Shown: positions 22,649-36,350 of the stretch, in pieces | Layout of the letters: the number at the start of each line of letters is the position of its first letter | Position numbering within the stretch: the stretch's first letter is position 1 | Source: Utricularia gibba | Lineage: Eukaryota; Plantae; Magnoliophyta | Direction: 5' to 3' | DNA: 64,000 nt | Assembly: GCA_002189035.1 (NCBI GenBank) | Contig: CM007991.1 | Coordinates: 4,216,001-4,280,000 of the forward strand | The notes under the pieces: model-generated | The model's input: only the letters and a program-made list of their open reading frames with translations | The model's database searches: none | What the model was told of the DNA's origin: nothing | Translations under genes and position numbers: made by a program

Positions 22649-25164
22649 TCAAAAATATGCCCTGTCCTTGTGCCACTTGTGCAGACACATTCTAGTGTTC
22701 ATGTCATAGTCCCAGAGTCCGGATTTCACCTGCCTCTCGAGCTTCAGCTTCCTGCCTCTAACCCAATTGTTGTGGATGATGAAGCTGCCTCTTTTCATGC
22801 ACGCTTTCCTGGTGCTCTTTTTCTCCCACAGCAGATCATGGGCACCGTTGGGAAACAGGTCTCTGTCCAGGAACTGGACTGTCACGTTCGTTTCAGGTTC
22901 CCAGCATCGATCATCGCCTACTCTGTAGATCCCATCTTCCCCACACAGTGTGTCGTAGAAACTCGGTTGCTCGGACCGATTCGATGCTGCTGCATGCTTC
23001 ACTACCCTTTCTAGTGCTCTTATGGTTTGATTATCAGAGTTGACGTAGTAGAAGCCTGAATTAAGGCGCCGGGGCTTGTTTATTGGCTCTGTCAGAGACA
23101 GGGGAACAGGAATCACCATCTTGTTCATGATGTCTAGATCAACTCGAATACTTTCAACTTTTGAAGACATACCTGTTCTGTTGTATTCATCAGATTGTGC
23201 CACCAGAACTGAAGGACCGAAGGAGGTAAGAAAGGGAAGCGGATTCTTGAACCAGTAAACATCCACATCACTCAATAGGACATTGTATCCAAGCTTTAGA
23301 ATGTGCAGAACCATTCTTGATTTGACTTTCGTTACTCTCTGAAAGCACTCCGTCCCAAAATGGCAGTCATCAAAGCTGATGTTGGCCGGAGAAGAAAAGC
23401 AGTTGATGACCGGCAGTCCCTGGCACCATGAATGCATGGCCCTTGAAGAGAAAGTATGAAGAAAAATCGAACAGAACTTTGAGTTGCAGAGGGAAGGTTA
23501 CCTGCAAAACGGCGAATTCATAGGTCTCATCGTCAAGGCTACACACCAGAAAGTTGAAAACTTTGAGGTGCCATAGTCTGCAAGCCCAGCTCATCATCAT
23601 ATCCTTATAACTGTATCCAGCAACTCCAAGAACAACTGTTTTATTTGAATCAGCAAGCATCGAAAGCAGAGACTCCAGGGAAAGAGAAGGCGATACTGAT
23701 TCATTCGATTGCAGCACCCCTTTGTTGGGAAAGCAACTTTCGATCCCTTCAAGAGGTTTCATAACATTCACACATTTCACTACCTTCCTTTTGGCTAGCG
23801 ACAATGAGATGCCCTCCCCCCTGAAGTTCTTTAACGCCTGTTGCTTCAAGGGATATGTAATGTTCCGGAGGGTGCTCACAAACAGATAGTCTCCATCACA
23901 CTCGAAGAACTTTAACAAATTCGAGTAGTTGATGCCGCGTAAGGAAAGCGATCCATAAACTCTTGCAAGTAGAGAATTGCCTGATGACTCCCAATTTCTT
24001 CTATTTCCAAGGTTGGTGAAACTGGAACTTCCCATCAAAACATCATCCCCTTCATCGACATCATGTATGTAGAAGCTTGAAATTACGAAGCTTGCATCGA
24101 CCACGAGCCTAAAATCAGAATCCAAAGCTTCACTAACAAGCCACTGGTTGTGAAACCCTTTCCCATACAAGAAGGGCGGGAGAACACCTCTGTGAAGTGG
24201 CACTTCTGCGTTGTTCCAAGCAATGAGCATTCTACCGGCACAGGATTTGGCAGAACCAAGATACTCCTGCAACTGATTTAAGAGGAGAGGATGTTAATGC
24301 TATGTGTTTCGTCCTGGGACAATGTGAACCGATGCCCTTCGTACCTTTCGAAATCCGACATGCTTACCATCATCTGCAAGCCAATGTTTTCCGTTAGAAT
24401 TTAAGTGAAAAGGGAAATGGGACAAATTTTGTGAGAGAGCAACAAGGAGCCAATCCTCATCGAGCTTGAGAGCATATTCCAAAGTGGTTACAAAATCAGA
24501 CAAGAGAACTGTGTCTGGATCAATCAATACAGAAACATCTGATGATGATGCCATAGATCTTGCAACCATGGAATGGAAAAATGGTGTGCCCAGAAACCTA
24601 ATTCACACAATTTCAGGCGTCTATTACTCAGAAACTGTCATGCTACAAACACGAAGCTGATACTAAACAACAGAACAATCATATAAATAGCACTTACGTG
24701 AAATCAATGTTGGTTTCGACAGAAACCCGAGGACCAAATGAATGAGCAAGCGAGAAAGCAGATGGATCACGGCTGAAGAGAACGACTTCAATATTTTCCG
24801 ACAGCCCAAGCCACGATTTCACCGCGAGAACTTGTCGATCGCCGATGACGCCAATAAAAGGTCTAGGTGCTGTAAAAATTGTAATCTTTTCGACAAAGGA
24901 CTTTTGAATACCATCACCAAGAACGCTCTGTTTGTTCATTTTGCCTTGTTCACTCATCGCGTCTGGTAGCATTTGAGTGCCATAGAACGAAACCCAGATT
25001 AAGAAAACCCCGCTAAACCACACCAAACAAAGACCACTCTGGAATACCTACACAAACAAAACAAGATCACACTCTCATAGCGATGCAACCAGAGAAAAAG
25101 TTCCAATCTGTGTTACCTTCTTTCTGCTTACATTCGACAGAAGGACGGAATACTGGGTTTCCAT
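22649..25164 (-). CDS. RAY1: Beta-arabinofuranosyltransferase RAY1-like (GT77, nucleotide-diphospho-sugar transferase)
   Basis: Six phase-consistent exons: 25164-25117, 25038-24698, 24597-24345, 24272-23502, 23419-23173 and 23088-22649. Motifs include an N-terminal TM (SGLCLVWFSGVFLI), ITIFTAPRPF, DFTFLGTPFFHSMVAR, LPPFLYGKGFHNQW, CHFGTECFQRVTKVKSR, GYNVLLSDVDVYW (DxD intact), RRLNSGFY and HNNWV. The first exon and start codon are the least certain part. Confidence 0.88.
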
Positions 25165-25874
25165 TTCCGCTTCCGCCACCGCAAACGTACACATGCCAAG
25201 AAGTCAACGCAATGAAATTAAGAAGATGCCATGAGCTAATGAATTCGAAGCTGCAAGTTAAGCTCTTCCAAGAATCAAGGTCAACTCCTCTAACAAACTT
25301 CATTCAGATGCCATGTACAAACCTGATTCTCTTCTGCAACAAAAAAAAAAAAAACCCAACTCCACACACACAGACTTGACTGGAGAAACTCGACCAGACC
25401 GACTCCCGCCTAACGCAAACATAAAATAAAATAAATAATAATTTCTCTGTCTTTTGTCTTTTTTTTTTTTAAAGTTGTTCCAGGAAATGGATCTTTATTT
25501 TTTAAATGCATAATTTTGAAAACTAACGCTGTAAGAAGATTCACACAATCAAGCGGTTTAATTGTAAGAAGACTCAGCCGTAGACCGCGAATTATGAGCA
25601 CATTTAAGGGAGCCGAATGAGAAACTGGGTAAAGAAAAACAAGCATCTTTGGCGTATTCTTAACAGCAACAGTTCCTGGGGCATTCCTGAGGAGTGATGG
25701 GAGCCCAAGAGGTTCTGTTCCAGCAACGATCTTCTATACTGATGGAATGGATGGCAGTGGTGAAAACTTTGATGCTGCTCCCTCTGCTACACAAACCAGC
25801 GATTTTCAGCTAGAAATGCTCACCCCCAAAGCGTTTGAGAGGCAGCGTGAATGGAAAAAATGCGCAGCATGCCT

Positions 25875-28800
25875 TCAGTGTCGCCTCCGTCGCACGGGTG
25901 AAATTGATCTTGATGGCGATCTCTTCCCCCTGCAACAAGCGCCAATGTTTATACGAATGTACAGAGAAAGGTGCAAAAAGAAAAAGGACAGTGACAAGGC
26001 AGGAAAGTTTGTCACCCGGGCTGGAAACAGAGAAGTTAATGTTGGAGAAATCACATGGATGGAAGAATTTACCTCGTGGCCTCCAGAGAATAGGGGGAAT
26101 GCCGGCGCTTAGAGTGCCTGCTATGAGCAGATGGCGAAACATGTCTAAAACAAAAGTTGCATTCTAGGCTAGTAAGCGAGAATCCCAGATGGATGGATAC
26201 ACTAGCATGGCAGGCCATACCAATCAACCATGTAGAAAAAACGTTTTCCTTGAACAATGTTTATCAGAATATGCCCATAAATATGCTCATGTTTTCAAAA
26301 AGCTAAAGGCTAAAACACAGCAGTGTCATCTAACATTGCACTAAAATAACGTTCAAGGGAGTATAATACCTTTTCCTTGACCTGATTGGAGATGGAGACT
26401 TGTCTCTTCTTGAGCGATACGGTTTCCTGTCAATAACATGCATCATTAGAAGCCGGACCACAAAAATGGGGATTTGGCCCAAAGTCTGGACTTTTAGTAT
26501 AATGTAACTATTCAGTGGACGTGAAACACCTTTTAGAATAACCGGATCCTCCTGACGACTCATCACTAGATTCATTTACACGACTCGTTCTTGAATAATC
26601 CTTGGCCCCTCTACCTCTATGTTTACCGTATTCCATCTTTTCGTCTGCCTTGTCACCTTTACCTTCCGTAGAACTTCTTTTTGTGCCTCGGATGCCAATC
26701 TTGTCTTCCTTTTCAGCATAAGGAGACTCGGTTCTCCTTGATCCTGACTTCATCAACTTTTCACTAGTTCTACCTTTATCCTTTCCTTTTCCCCTGGAAA
26801 TGTCATGGTAGTCTTCGGTTTTTTTATCACGCCTATGGCGTTCTTCATCTCCCTTGTTGCATGCCGCTCCTTCCCGACCTTCAACATCCTCCTCTTTCTC
26901 GATGAAGTCTTTTATGTCTCGGCTCTTGCCATCAAATCTTTCAGAGCTTGATTTCAGTTGAGAATCATTCCCTAGGCCACCGTTTCTCTCAAAAGACTTC
27001 TCATAAAACTTTGACTCTTCAATTCTATCATCTGATGGCCTCCCGGAAAAACTTGGGTCATCACCAGGTGCTGACTGCTCAACTTCAATATTATTTTTAA
27101 CTTTTGCAATTAAAGAACCGTGATCTTTATTTGCACCAAGTGGTGTTTTTTGACCAGTGCTGCCACCATCCAGACCTGAAAAATCCGTTCCTTCAGGTTT
27201 TACTCCACTGAAACCACCATTTTCCATGGCAAGTTTGCTTGAGGACATTTCAGGCCGTTTCAGCTCATTTTTACTTTCACCATCTTCATCTGATGCATAA
27301 CTAGCTAACCCCAGAACATCCTCGCCAGAGCTAGAGCTGGATTTATCAACATCATCCTCATTAACAATGCCCTTGTATTTTGCTGGAAACAGAACCTTGA
27401 CAGACGCCTTTGATGCTGAAACAGACAGAGTAGATGGCAGAGTTTGGTGTTGTAGTAGATCAGCATCTCCACGACCTTGAGGAAAAGAAAGGACATAAAA
27501 TTATAAATAGGTCATCGTACAACAGACAGTATCATCCCCTTGACAAGTTTAAAACCGTGTCAACAAGATTTTCAGGCGAGGAGGGGGGTGTTGTTAAATA
27601 ACCTTCAGAGGAGACATCGTCTTCTCCCAAAACCTTAGAGGCTATTTCCTCAAACAGTTCGTCTGTGACCTGCCAGAAAATAATTTTAATGCATTTCCAA
27701 GAATACTCATAGTTGATTATCATTGACGCAGGTGCAACCTTCAAAAGAACTTCAGTTAGAATGCGTTTTATTTCCTTACTCATAGCAGCTGTCATAATGG
27801 CCTCCGTTGCTACCTAAAAAACCAATAGTGATGAGCACATAATCAGCAATGCCAACAAGCAGTCAACTTGAACAAAAGTACAGAAGAACAGCAGATATTT
27901 GCAACAGGTTGTACGAAGGGAACATAGAATTAGTCACACGGATGGAGGGAAGTCACCTCATCATCCCCATCTTCAACGGATCTTGAAGAATCGATGCTCC
28001 TGCTATCTGCTTGATCTCTACTCCTAGAATATGCATCATCACCATCAGCCTCAAGGGATGGCGAGTCAATCTTGTCAATATCTTGAGCAGAAGTAGCAAG
28101 ACTTGCTTTCTTTTTAATAATTTCTTCCCTAAGCCAATTAGGCACTGGAGCCTGCAGTCACACCATATGTTTTAGCATTAAGGACTTGAACAGATTCAAA
28201 CCTGGAAATTATTCATAACTAACTTTTTTTGGTCTCTCAGAAACACCATATGCATCACCCGAAAAAGATGTAAGATGTGGCAGAACAGAAGAGGAAGCAC
28301 CAAGCGTGGCACCGATCATTGGTAAAGTTGACTGGAAGCCAGGTCCTGCAGGAAAAATTGGAGCTGAAGGTCCAGAAGGTGGAGGAACCACCATTGGATC
28401 ACCCTAAGATGTGAGAAGGAAATCAAGTTATGTGACGAACCAAAAAAATATAAAATTCAAAATCAATTTTATGCTGAGAAAAAAAAAAACCTGATGAGAC
28501 CCTGATGGGATTGGGGGAGGAATTGGTGCGTAAATAGGTGCAGGCGCAGGTGCAGGTAACCAGGAAAAATTTGGACCGATATGCAAACCAGGATCTGATA
28601 CAATCATACTTGTATTATGATTGAAACGAGGTGAGAAATTCAAGGGTTGATTGCTCAGCTCTGCCATAGAATCTGCTCGACCACCTAGTATTTGTGGGTT
28701 CTCCACCCACCCAGGTCCGCCATTGGCAAACTGCTGATACTGAGTGTCATGATGCGTATGAGAAGAAACTGGCATAGAGGAAGAGCCATTGATCGGTTCA

Positions 28801-30231
28801 AATCCCTCACCTGTCTCTCCAGTTCCTGAAATAAAAATACAGAGTCAGGAACTTTATAGTGATGCAAAAAATTGTTCCACCATTTTATAATCAAAAAGTT
28901 ATGACATTAAGAAAACCTCCAGACAACAAAAGATGATCATCTACCAAAATGTCAGTCAGAGAAAAATGATAGCACTTGGTTAGTGAAAAACCAGTGTAAC
29001 ATCAATTAACTAATCAAGTTTTTACCTGCAAGAGAAGAATAACTAGAAGGTACCTCCTGCAGATGAACATTTTGGATTTTGGATGATTTCTCGTCCAGTG
29101 GTGATAACGCTGAATCGCTAGGTTGGTTTCTGTTCATAGAAGAAAATGGAACGGTTGATTCAGCTGAGCGAGAGTGTTGAGAAGCTTGCAGCTGGCCTTC
29201 GCTCATCTCTGTTTGTGATCCTGTTGGATGTTGTTGATAGTTTGACGGAGGACCTACTGGCTTGTGCATTTCAGAATGTTGAGGATCATGGCTCTGAGAA
29301 TAATGGTCTCGGTGGTTATTCTGATCTTGATTTCCTCCAGAGGGTGGCAAATGTGATAAAGGGAGCTGACTCTCTGCAGTTGCTGCAGCAGCCCAAGCTC
29401 TTGCTTTTGCTTCCCAGTCTTCCACATTATTATTCGCTGCACAGAAAGAAAATTTAAGAAGGCAGTGACATGTGAAAGAAGAAACACCGAATGCATACGA
29501 GTGAAGATGTTAAGAATCACAAATGATGTCGTAGATGCCTCAGTGACATACATATATTGAACAGAGTGAGTTTTTGAGTGCAAGAAAATTGGACATCAAG
29601 TTGTGGGAGGGAAAAAAACAAGCATATAATGAAGATGTGTATTAAAAAAAAAAACTAGTTCCGAAAAAAAAAAACAAGGAAAAAATAACGCGTACAACTT
29701 AAATATAATTTCAAACTCTCGAGAGAACATAAAATTACAAACTAACTTGTATTCTGTGGATGACTCCATCTTGCAGTCCCTGAATCCTACACGACCCCAG
29801 TGTACAAAAATAAGTATGGAGAAAGTGCAGAATACCGTAAGGCAGCAAAAATCCATCTTCAGCGTAAGCTCAACCAAGAAATTAAAGTACCTGCAAGTAA
29901 GAATGAGAGAAATGACCCGGCCTCGGAGGAAGCTGATTCGGTTGTGGATAGTGAGGGTGCTGGGGGTAGGGAACATGGTGCGAAGTATAGGAAATCGGCT
30001 GTTGCGCAGTATAAGGTGGAAGCTGCTGCTGAGGCGGGGCCACTGCGGCGGCGGAAGTGGAGCAGTTGGCCGTTGAAAATGAAATTGCGGGGCAGAATAG
30101 GGCCAGGGATGGCTCGCCGGTGGTGGAGGCATTAGAGGGGCCGGCGGTACCTGGTAAGCATCCGACCCTGGCGGCGGCGGTTGCGGCTGTGGCGGCGGCC
30201 ACATGTAACCACGCGGTCGCTGGTACTCCAT
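25875..30231 (-). CDS. At1g70620-like 'cyclin-related' Pro-rich/RS-rich protein, 12 exons, with a 1-nt frameshift in exon 1 as assembled
   Basis: Exons are 30231-29891, 29786-29747, 29436-29026, 28825-28491, 28403-28224, 28151-27957, 27813-27739, 27669-27603, 27475-26530, 26426-26370, 26144-26073 and 25929-25875, all GT-AG. Motifs include EDWEAKARAWAAA, ERPKKAPVPNWLREEI, KRILTEVLLKVTDELFEEIA, GEDVLGLASYASDED and an RS-rich tail ending SPVRRRRH*. Exon 1 is 341 nt, one base short of the phase its downstream exons require. Confidence 0.85.
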
Positions 30232-31199
30232 TTTCTGATATCGCGAGAAGAAACAACCCGATCTGGGGAAAGCCCTCTGTTCTTCAATTTCGTCAACGAA
30301 ATTTGCAATTGGAAACCCGACGAAACAACGGGAAAAAAAATTAAAAAAAATCAAAGAAATTCATATGGCCCATTTACTCTCAGAGATGGGCCTGGGCCCT
30401 GGAGAGCCAAGTGGACAGGGTTCAATTGAATACATTACCCAACACAAATAATTCAAATATTATTAATTCGTTTGTTTTTTTTAATAGGCAAATGAATCAA
30501 ACTCATGATACCAAGCAACTACATTTGATGTTGGTTGACAATCTCCTTATGAAAATTGACTTTGGATTTTTAAATACATCTTTTCCCAATTTAAAAAATA
30601 TAAGTACATCATATCATTGTGTCTACAATTCACAAATAGTATAGTTATTTTTGATGCCCTTAACAATTTTTTATTCAATAATCATATTTATCAAATAATT
30701 GTTTTGTAGGTAATATATTAGATTTTGGTAAAAAAAAATCAAGGGATGGCACAATTATTTATGTATATATTTTAACTATAATAACTTAAACCAAACATGT
30801 CACGAACTAAAAAACTATCACATATTTGTAGTAAATATTAAAACTATCACAAAGAAAAATATGAAAAATCATTATGATAATTTTTTGTATTGCAATAACC
30901 ATTTTTATAGTACATATCTATTTATATATACATAAATGGTCCAAAATTAAAACTCCATTATAGTACATATCTATTTATATATGACAATAGCCAATTAATG
31001 AAGCTCAAAAGTAAATCACATTATATACTATTTTCAAACTTTAGTAATTTTTATGAGATTTATATAGTTTCTCTCTTTTTTTTTAATATCTATTCTCTCA
31101 AGTACAATAGGAGAAATATCATATAATTCCAACTTCGTAATTCCATTGATTTATTTCATAACTTGACATTTTCTTATGATTTAATTGACAACGAACTAT

Positions 31200-31700
31200 T
31201 CTAATTCCTTGTTTTTCAAAGGAAACCTTATAAAAAGCAGAGATATCAAATGTTTCATAAAAATATCAATAAGCTAAGATATTTAACAAACTAACGAATA
31301 AGAAAACCAAACTTTTGTTATTCACATACGATGTGATAGTCAATTTCAAAAAGTTTAATCTATTCATGAAAAATTGGTGCAATGTGAATCACAATTTGAT
31401 TATCATAATGTAATCTTATAATACACAACTCAATCATTTGACCTCAATAATATCAATACCTAAATTACAATTTTTTTCCCTCAATATACTTTGGCAACCA
31501 CTTGGGACTTACACCAGCAAACTACCATGAAAGTTGATTTTAATACAATAAACTCATTTGTAATTAATGAGTTTACAATCTATTGAAAATAACACAACAT
31601 TCCACATATTATTTTTCCTTTAGATAATTAATTCTTCCATCATGACTAGTTTCCATTCTTTTTTATCTCAAGCCTAAGCATGACACTTGACTAAAAATGT
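31200..31700 (-). mobile_element. Internally deleted Ty1/Copia remnant (start of RT joined to end of RNase H)
   Basis: The minus strand gives MMEELII*RKNNMWNVV...LINYK*VYCIK (AMxEELxALxKNxTW...IGCKWVYKIK-like). Almost immediately after comes DNQIVIHIAPIFHE*IKLFEIDYH (CDNQAAIHIAxNPVFHERTKHIEIDCH-like). Confidence 0.65.
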
Positions 31701-32049
31701 AATGGAAGATAAGATGTGAAACTAAATAATAGTTGAAAGTGTAATATGCTTCAAAATCATCATGATAAACAACTAAACTCAAGTATAGATTAAGTGAATT
31801 GCTCATAACATATCTAAAAATTTCAAGATTTGCTTTTGGTGCATCACCACATGTATTTTCTTAAAAACCTAAAGCTTTCATAATTTATTGTTGAATAAAT
31901 TATTGACACAAAAACCTATTCAACTTTGTTGATGAACATAGCCACTAAAAAGCTAAAAATATTCTTCTTTGGAGTTAATTGCAAGAAACCAATCTTATAA
32001 ATCAATATCAAGAACATTAAAGCAAGTTTTTGCTATGTATCATTTATCC

Positions 32050-35000
32050 TTATATTTTGTACAATAATTATTCTTCTTATACACAAATAAATTTTTCCCC
32101 TTATTTGCTTTGAAAGTCTTTTGCAATAAGTCTTACATAAGTCAATTTGTTGTTAATACAAATAATAGCTTCACTATATCAAACATTGCAATTGGTGAGA
32201 ATACTTCATTATAATTTATTGCATGAATTTTAAAGTATTCTTTTGCTATGAGTCTTGACTTTTTTTTGATGAAAGTTCTATTTGAGTTGAATTTCTTTTT
32301 GTAGATCCATTTTAAATCTACAATTTCGATACTTGGATCAGTTGACCTATAAATAAACTCCTAAATATATTTTTTTTTCAATATAGTGCATCTTACTGTT
32401 TATGGATATTCTCCATCCCTCATGTTTTTTGACTTCAACATAGGTCTTGGGATCGAATTCTGCCAGACATAAAAAAACATCAATTTTCAACATCATTGTT
32501 CGTTCAATTGTTTATTCTTCATCTTGCGCAACATCAGTTAAAGATCTAGTATTTTTTATCCTCTTTCTTCTCTTTAATAATCAATCATATTTTCTCTATT
32601 TATGTTTGAGATGTCTATATTTTCTGTAGTTTCTTGAGATATGGTTGTCATTTGGGTAAGTCTCCCTTGTGTCATTGACATCAAGAGATGCACCTTACTG
32701 ATTTTCTTTTTATAGTGTATGTTGAGACTAGTTAGATATAAGTGGGACATGATTATCAGATACTATGATTATCTTTCAACATTTGCTCCAAAAATATTTG
32801 TCATTGCTCCTCAATAATTTCATTTGATAGCATCAACTTCATGGTAGAAGGATTATTAATTATACTTATAGAGAAGTTGTTATTCCAAGAGTATTCTTGC
32901 AATTGAGGTACTTTTCCATACCACACCTCATATGGCGTCTTACTTTTGCATATGCCCGCTTAGATACAATCAAACTGATAATAGCATATGCAATGTGCCA
33001 AGGATGGAACCTACACCATCTAGATATTAAAAGTACATTTCTGGATGGAGAATTAATCGAAGATATATATGTTCAATGCCCACCAGGTTTCAGTCTAAAG
33101 AATGGATGTAACAAGGTTCTAAAACTACAAAAGGTTCTCTATGGCTTAAAAAGGGTGTCAAAAGTATGGTACACTAACATTGATGCCTTTATCATACAAA
33201 TGGGCTATACTCGTAGCAAGAATGACACGTTGCTCTATATCCTCGATACTGAAGTAGAAAGATCTATAATCTCTATATGTGAATGATATTATTCTTACTA
33301 GAAATGATGAAGATCTCATAGCGGAACAAAAACAGAAGCTGAAGGAAAAATTTGAACTAATAAATTTGGGACTAGCACAGCATGTTCATGGACTCGAAAT
33401 CCTTCAAGAGCCAAACTACATTTTTCTTAGTCAAATGAAGTACACAGAGGACTTGATGCAAAAAATTGAAATGAATGCATCAAGAGAAGCATGTACTCCT
33501 TTCTCCCCTTACTTGAAACATAAAGCTAATGCAAGCCTAAAATCGATGGACTTGGAAAAATTAAATCCCTTATAGAATCAAAAGAAAACAGTTGAAATAC
33601 AAGAGTATCAACAGATAGTTGAAACATGACTCTCCCTTACAGCCATTCGACCCGATATTACATTTGATGTCAGTTACCTGTCCAGGTTTATGCATGCTCA
33701 TCTATCTTTACATCTTAAAATTGCGAAGCAAATATTCAGATATTTAAATTCTACTAAATCTATGGGACTGCATTTCAAAAAATATACTAACCCCTCTCTT
33801 CAAGGATTTGTAGATTCTGATTTTGCAGGGGATGACTTTGAGTTAAACATCACCATTGGATATGTCTTTACATTGGGATCAGCCTCCTTCTAGAATAGTA
33901 GAAAATAGGATTTAATAACACAATCATCCGCCGAAGCAGAGTATATAGCAGGGGCAACAACTGCAAATCATGCACAATGGATTCTTAAATTATGTGAAGA
34001 CTTAAGATCAACATTCATAAGCCTCTAATTTTGAAGATAGACAACAAATCCACAATAAGTATAGCTCAAAAGCCAATGATGTTTGTGAAGAACAAACATA
34101 TCAAAATTAAATACTATGTACTCAGAGATTACATAAAGGAGGAAAGCATTAAGCTGGAATATATACCTATAGACTTACAAACTGCTGATATCCTCACGAA
34201 GACATTGTTTCCCAAGCAATTTGCCCAAATCTGCGAAATGTTAGGGTTGCGTAGAAACCCAACTGATGTCGCAATTGTACCTTAGATTTATGCTTCAGGA
34301 GGTATGAAGGAAAATGAAGATGAGTTTGAGGTAAAAGCCCAACATTCGGCTGTCTGCATTGAATCGGCTCATGAGAACTCTACGGTGAAGTTTTAAAGAA
34401 AGAAGAAAGCATGTTCTTCTGAAATGAGGATTATCATTTTAGACCCTCATACCGTAAAATGGACTTCACCGATACAAGATCCAGTCCACAACATAATCAA
34501 GTCTGTCCCATTATCACAAGACCAAGCCACATAGAAAAGATTACTCTGTGTACTCTCTCACATGAAACTTATATTTTTTCTCCTTAGATACATTAATATA
34601 ACAAATTGAATCAAATATCATTAAAGGTTGCACTAAAGGTTTATCTCATGTCTATAACTAAAATGCAGTTTTTTTCATTTAAGTCTATAGATTGAAGTAA
34701 ATTTATGAGATAAATGGTTGTTATTGCTGACTCACTCCAAAAAGCTATAGGCATACATAACTTTAAACTACAAAACATAAATATGGAAATGTCATGAATA
34801 TGGATAGGGGTACGAAGAAATTGATACGATAAATTTTAACATATCTTATTAGGATATAATTTGGATACATTTATTTAAAATTTATTATTTTTATTATTTA
34901 TTAATATAAAAAAACAAAATCTTACTAAAAATCAATAATTAATAAATTATATAAAACATACCTAACTAAAAAATAACCCTAAAATTCTCAAATATATAAC

Positions 35001-36350
35001 ATGATGAAATGGAACTAATGTTGTAAAACATTATGCCAATAATGACATGAAATTGTTTTGCATTTGATATTATTTAATAACTCAAAAATTATTGATGAAA
35101 AAGAGTTGTAGGTCACAAAACCAAACGATGTATGCTAGACAGCAGAGTCATGTAAACGATTGAAATAATTTAATATATTTTTAGTTTTTATAATAATAGC
35201 GATGTATTATTAAAATACACCCAAAGCACAAGACACAAACATCAATGCTTTGTAGATTTTAAATGACTAATTGTACTACCATTCAAATAGTAGACTTTAA
35301 AATCTAAGAATTGATGCGCCTCAAGACATGTTCAATCTTACATGGATCTAGAATAGAAATTTATTCCTCTCCACAATCGATAAAAGATGCAAAATATTAC
35401 TCTTTGTTCCTTTTTATATTTATATCAATATCATTTTTCTTTTATACCTCTTCTAATCTTTTGGGCATACTTTCTTTGTATGACCTTTCATTTTTAATGG
35501 CTACATATAGTATTCGGATGGTACCAACAAACCTTAGGTTTGTAGTACAAATTGGAACAATAAGAACACATTAACTGAATTTTTTGTCCAACAATTTTCT
35601 AAGGTATGATTCTCTTTATCACAATGTGCACATGCATATCTTTTCATTGAGTTTCGTGTGACCTTTTTTAGTAAATTTAGATACTCTATTTGAATCCCTT
35701 TTGTGAACAATATAGCTTTATATACTTTTCTTATCTAGTGATTTTTTTTTAATTTTTTCTTCCAATTCAATTTCACAAAACTTGGCCTCAAATTTCTCTA
35801 GAATTCATAGTATTCTCTATTATTTAAGAGTCTCAAAGTCCTTCTCCAAGGGCTAGAATCCCATTCACTAATTTTAAAATCCTATCAAAATAGTGTTTTG
35901 AATATCTTTGAATTTTATATTTAGTTCCTGTCAAATTCTTCCATTTTTCCTTGCATATTTTTGCATCTTATCGTCTTCACCATATAAGTCCCTTAGCTTT
36001 TCTCATATTTTTTTGGGGTTTGAAAATCACTTATTTTGTCAAAAACCTCATCTAAAAAGAATTGAATGAAGTGCACCAATAGCTCCATACTTGTGTTCTT
36101 CAAAAAATTTCAAGCTTATTGAATTCATTTGCTATAGGATTTTCAGAGAGTATTGGTTCCATAACCTCTCTTTCAATCAGTGACCCATGTTGTTTATATT
36201 TCATTTTTTACCCATTGTGACAGTTTGCTCCACTAAAGACAGGACAACTTGAGTCCTACAAGTGTTTGAAAATGCCATCATGAGGGAACCTAATAACAAC
36301 GCTCAAACCAAACTACACCAGCATCACATTCAAGTGCCCAAAGCCTCAAA
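32050..36350 (-). mobile_element. Decayed Ty1/Copia element (gag - integrase - RT), interrupted by an oppositely oriented Copia fragment
   Basis: Minus-strand motifs are in canonical order. Gag/UBN2 lies at about 36100-35750 (TPKKI*EKLRDLYGED..., EKFEAKFCEIE), integrase C-terminus at about 34760-34570 (MPIAFWSESAITTIYLINLL...KPLVQPLMIFDSICY) and RT at about 32440-32150 (PTYVE...W...LKWIYKKKFNSN...KSRLIAKEY...YNEVFSPIA). Many stops. Confidence 0.72.
32897..34290 (+). mobile_element. Ty1/Copia RT-RNase H remnant
   Basis: ORF fragments read ARLDTIKLIIAYA...WNLHHLDIKSTFLDGEL, KVLKLQKVLYGLK, RPDI, LQGFVDSDFAGD, IDNKSTISIA...KHIKIKYY and QTADILTK. Frameshifts and stops separate the pieces. Confidence 0.9.

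Noticed and set aside
26543-26544. Alternative donor TCC G|GT for exon 9 of the cyclin-related gene
   Set aside because: It gives phase 1 and puts the RS-rich exons out of frame. The donor at 26530/26529 gives the required phase 2.
29596-30354. 252-aa ORF as an independent gene
   Set aside because: It starts at a non-ATG codon and is exon 1 of the At1g70620-like gene running on past the frameshift into the intron.
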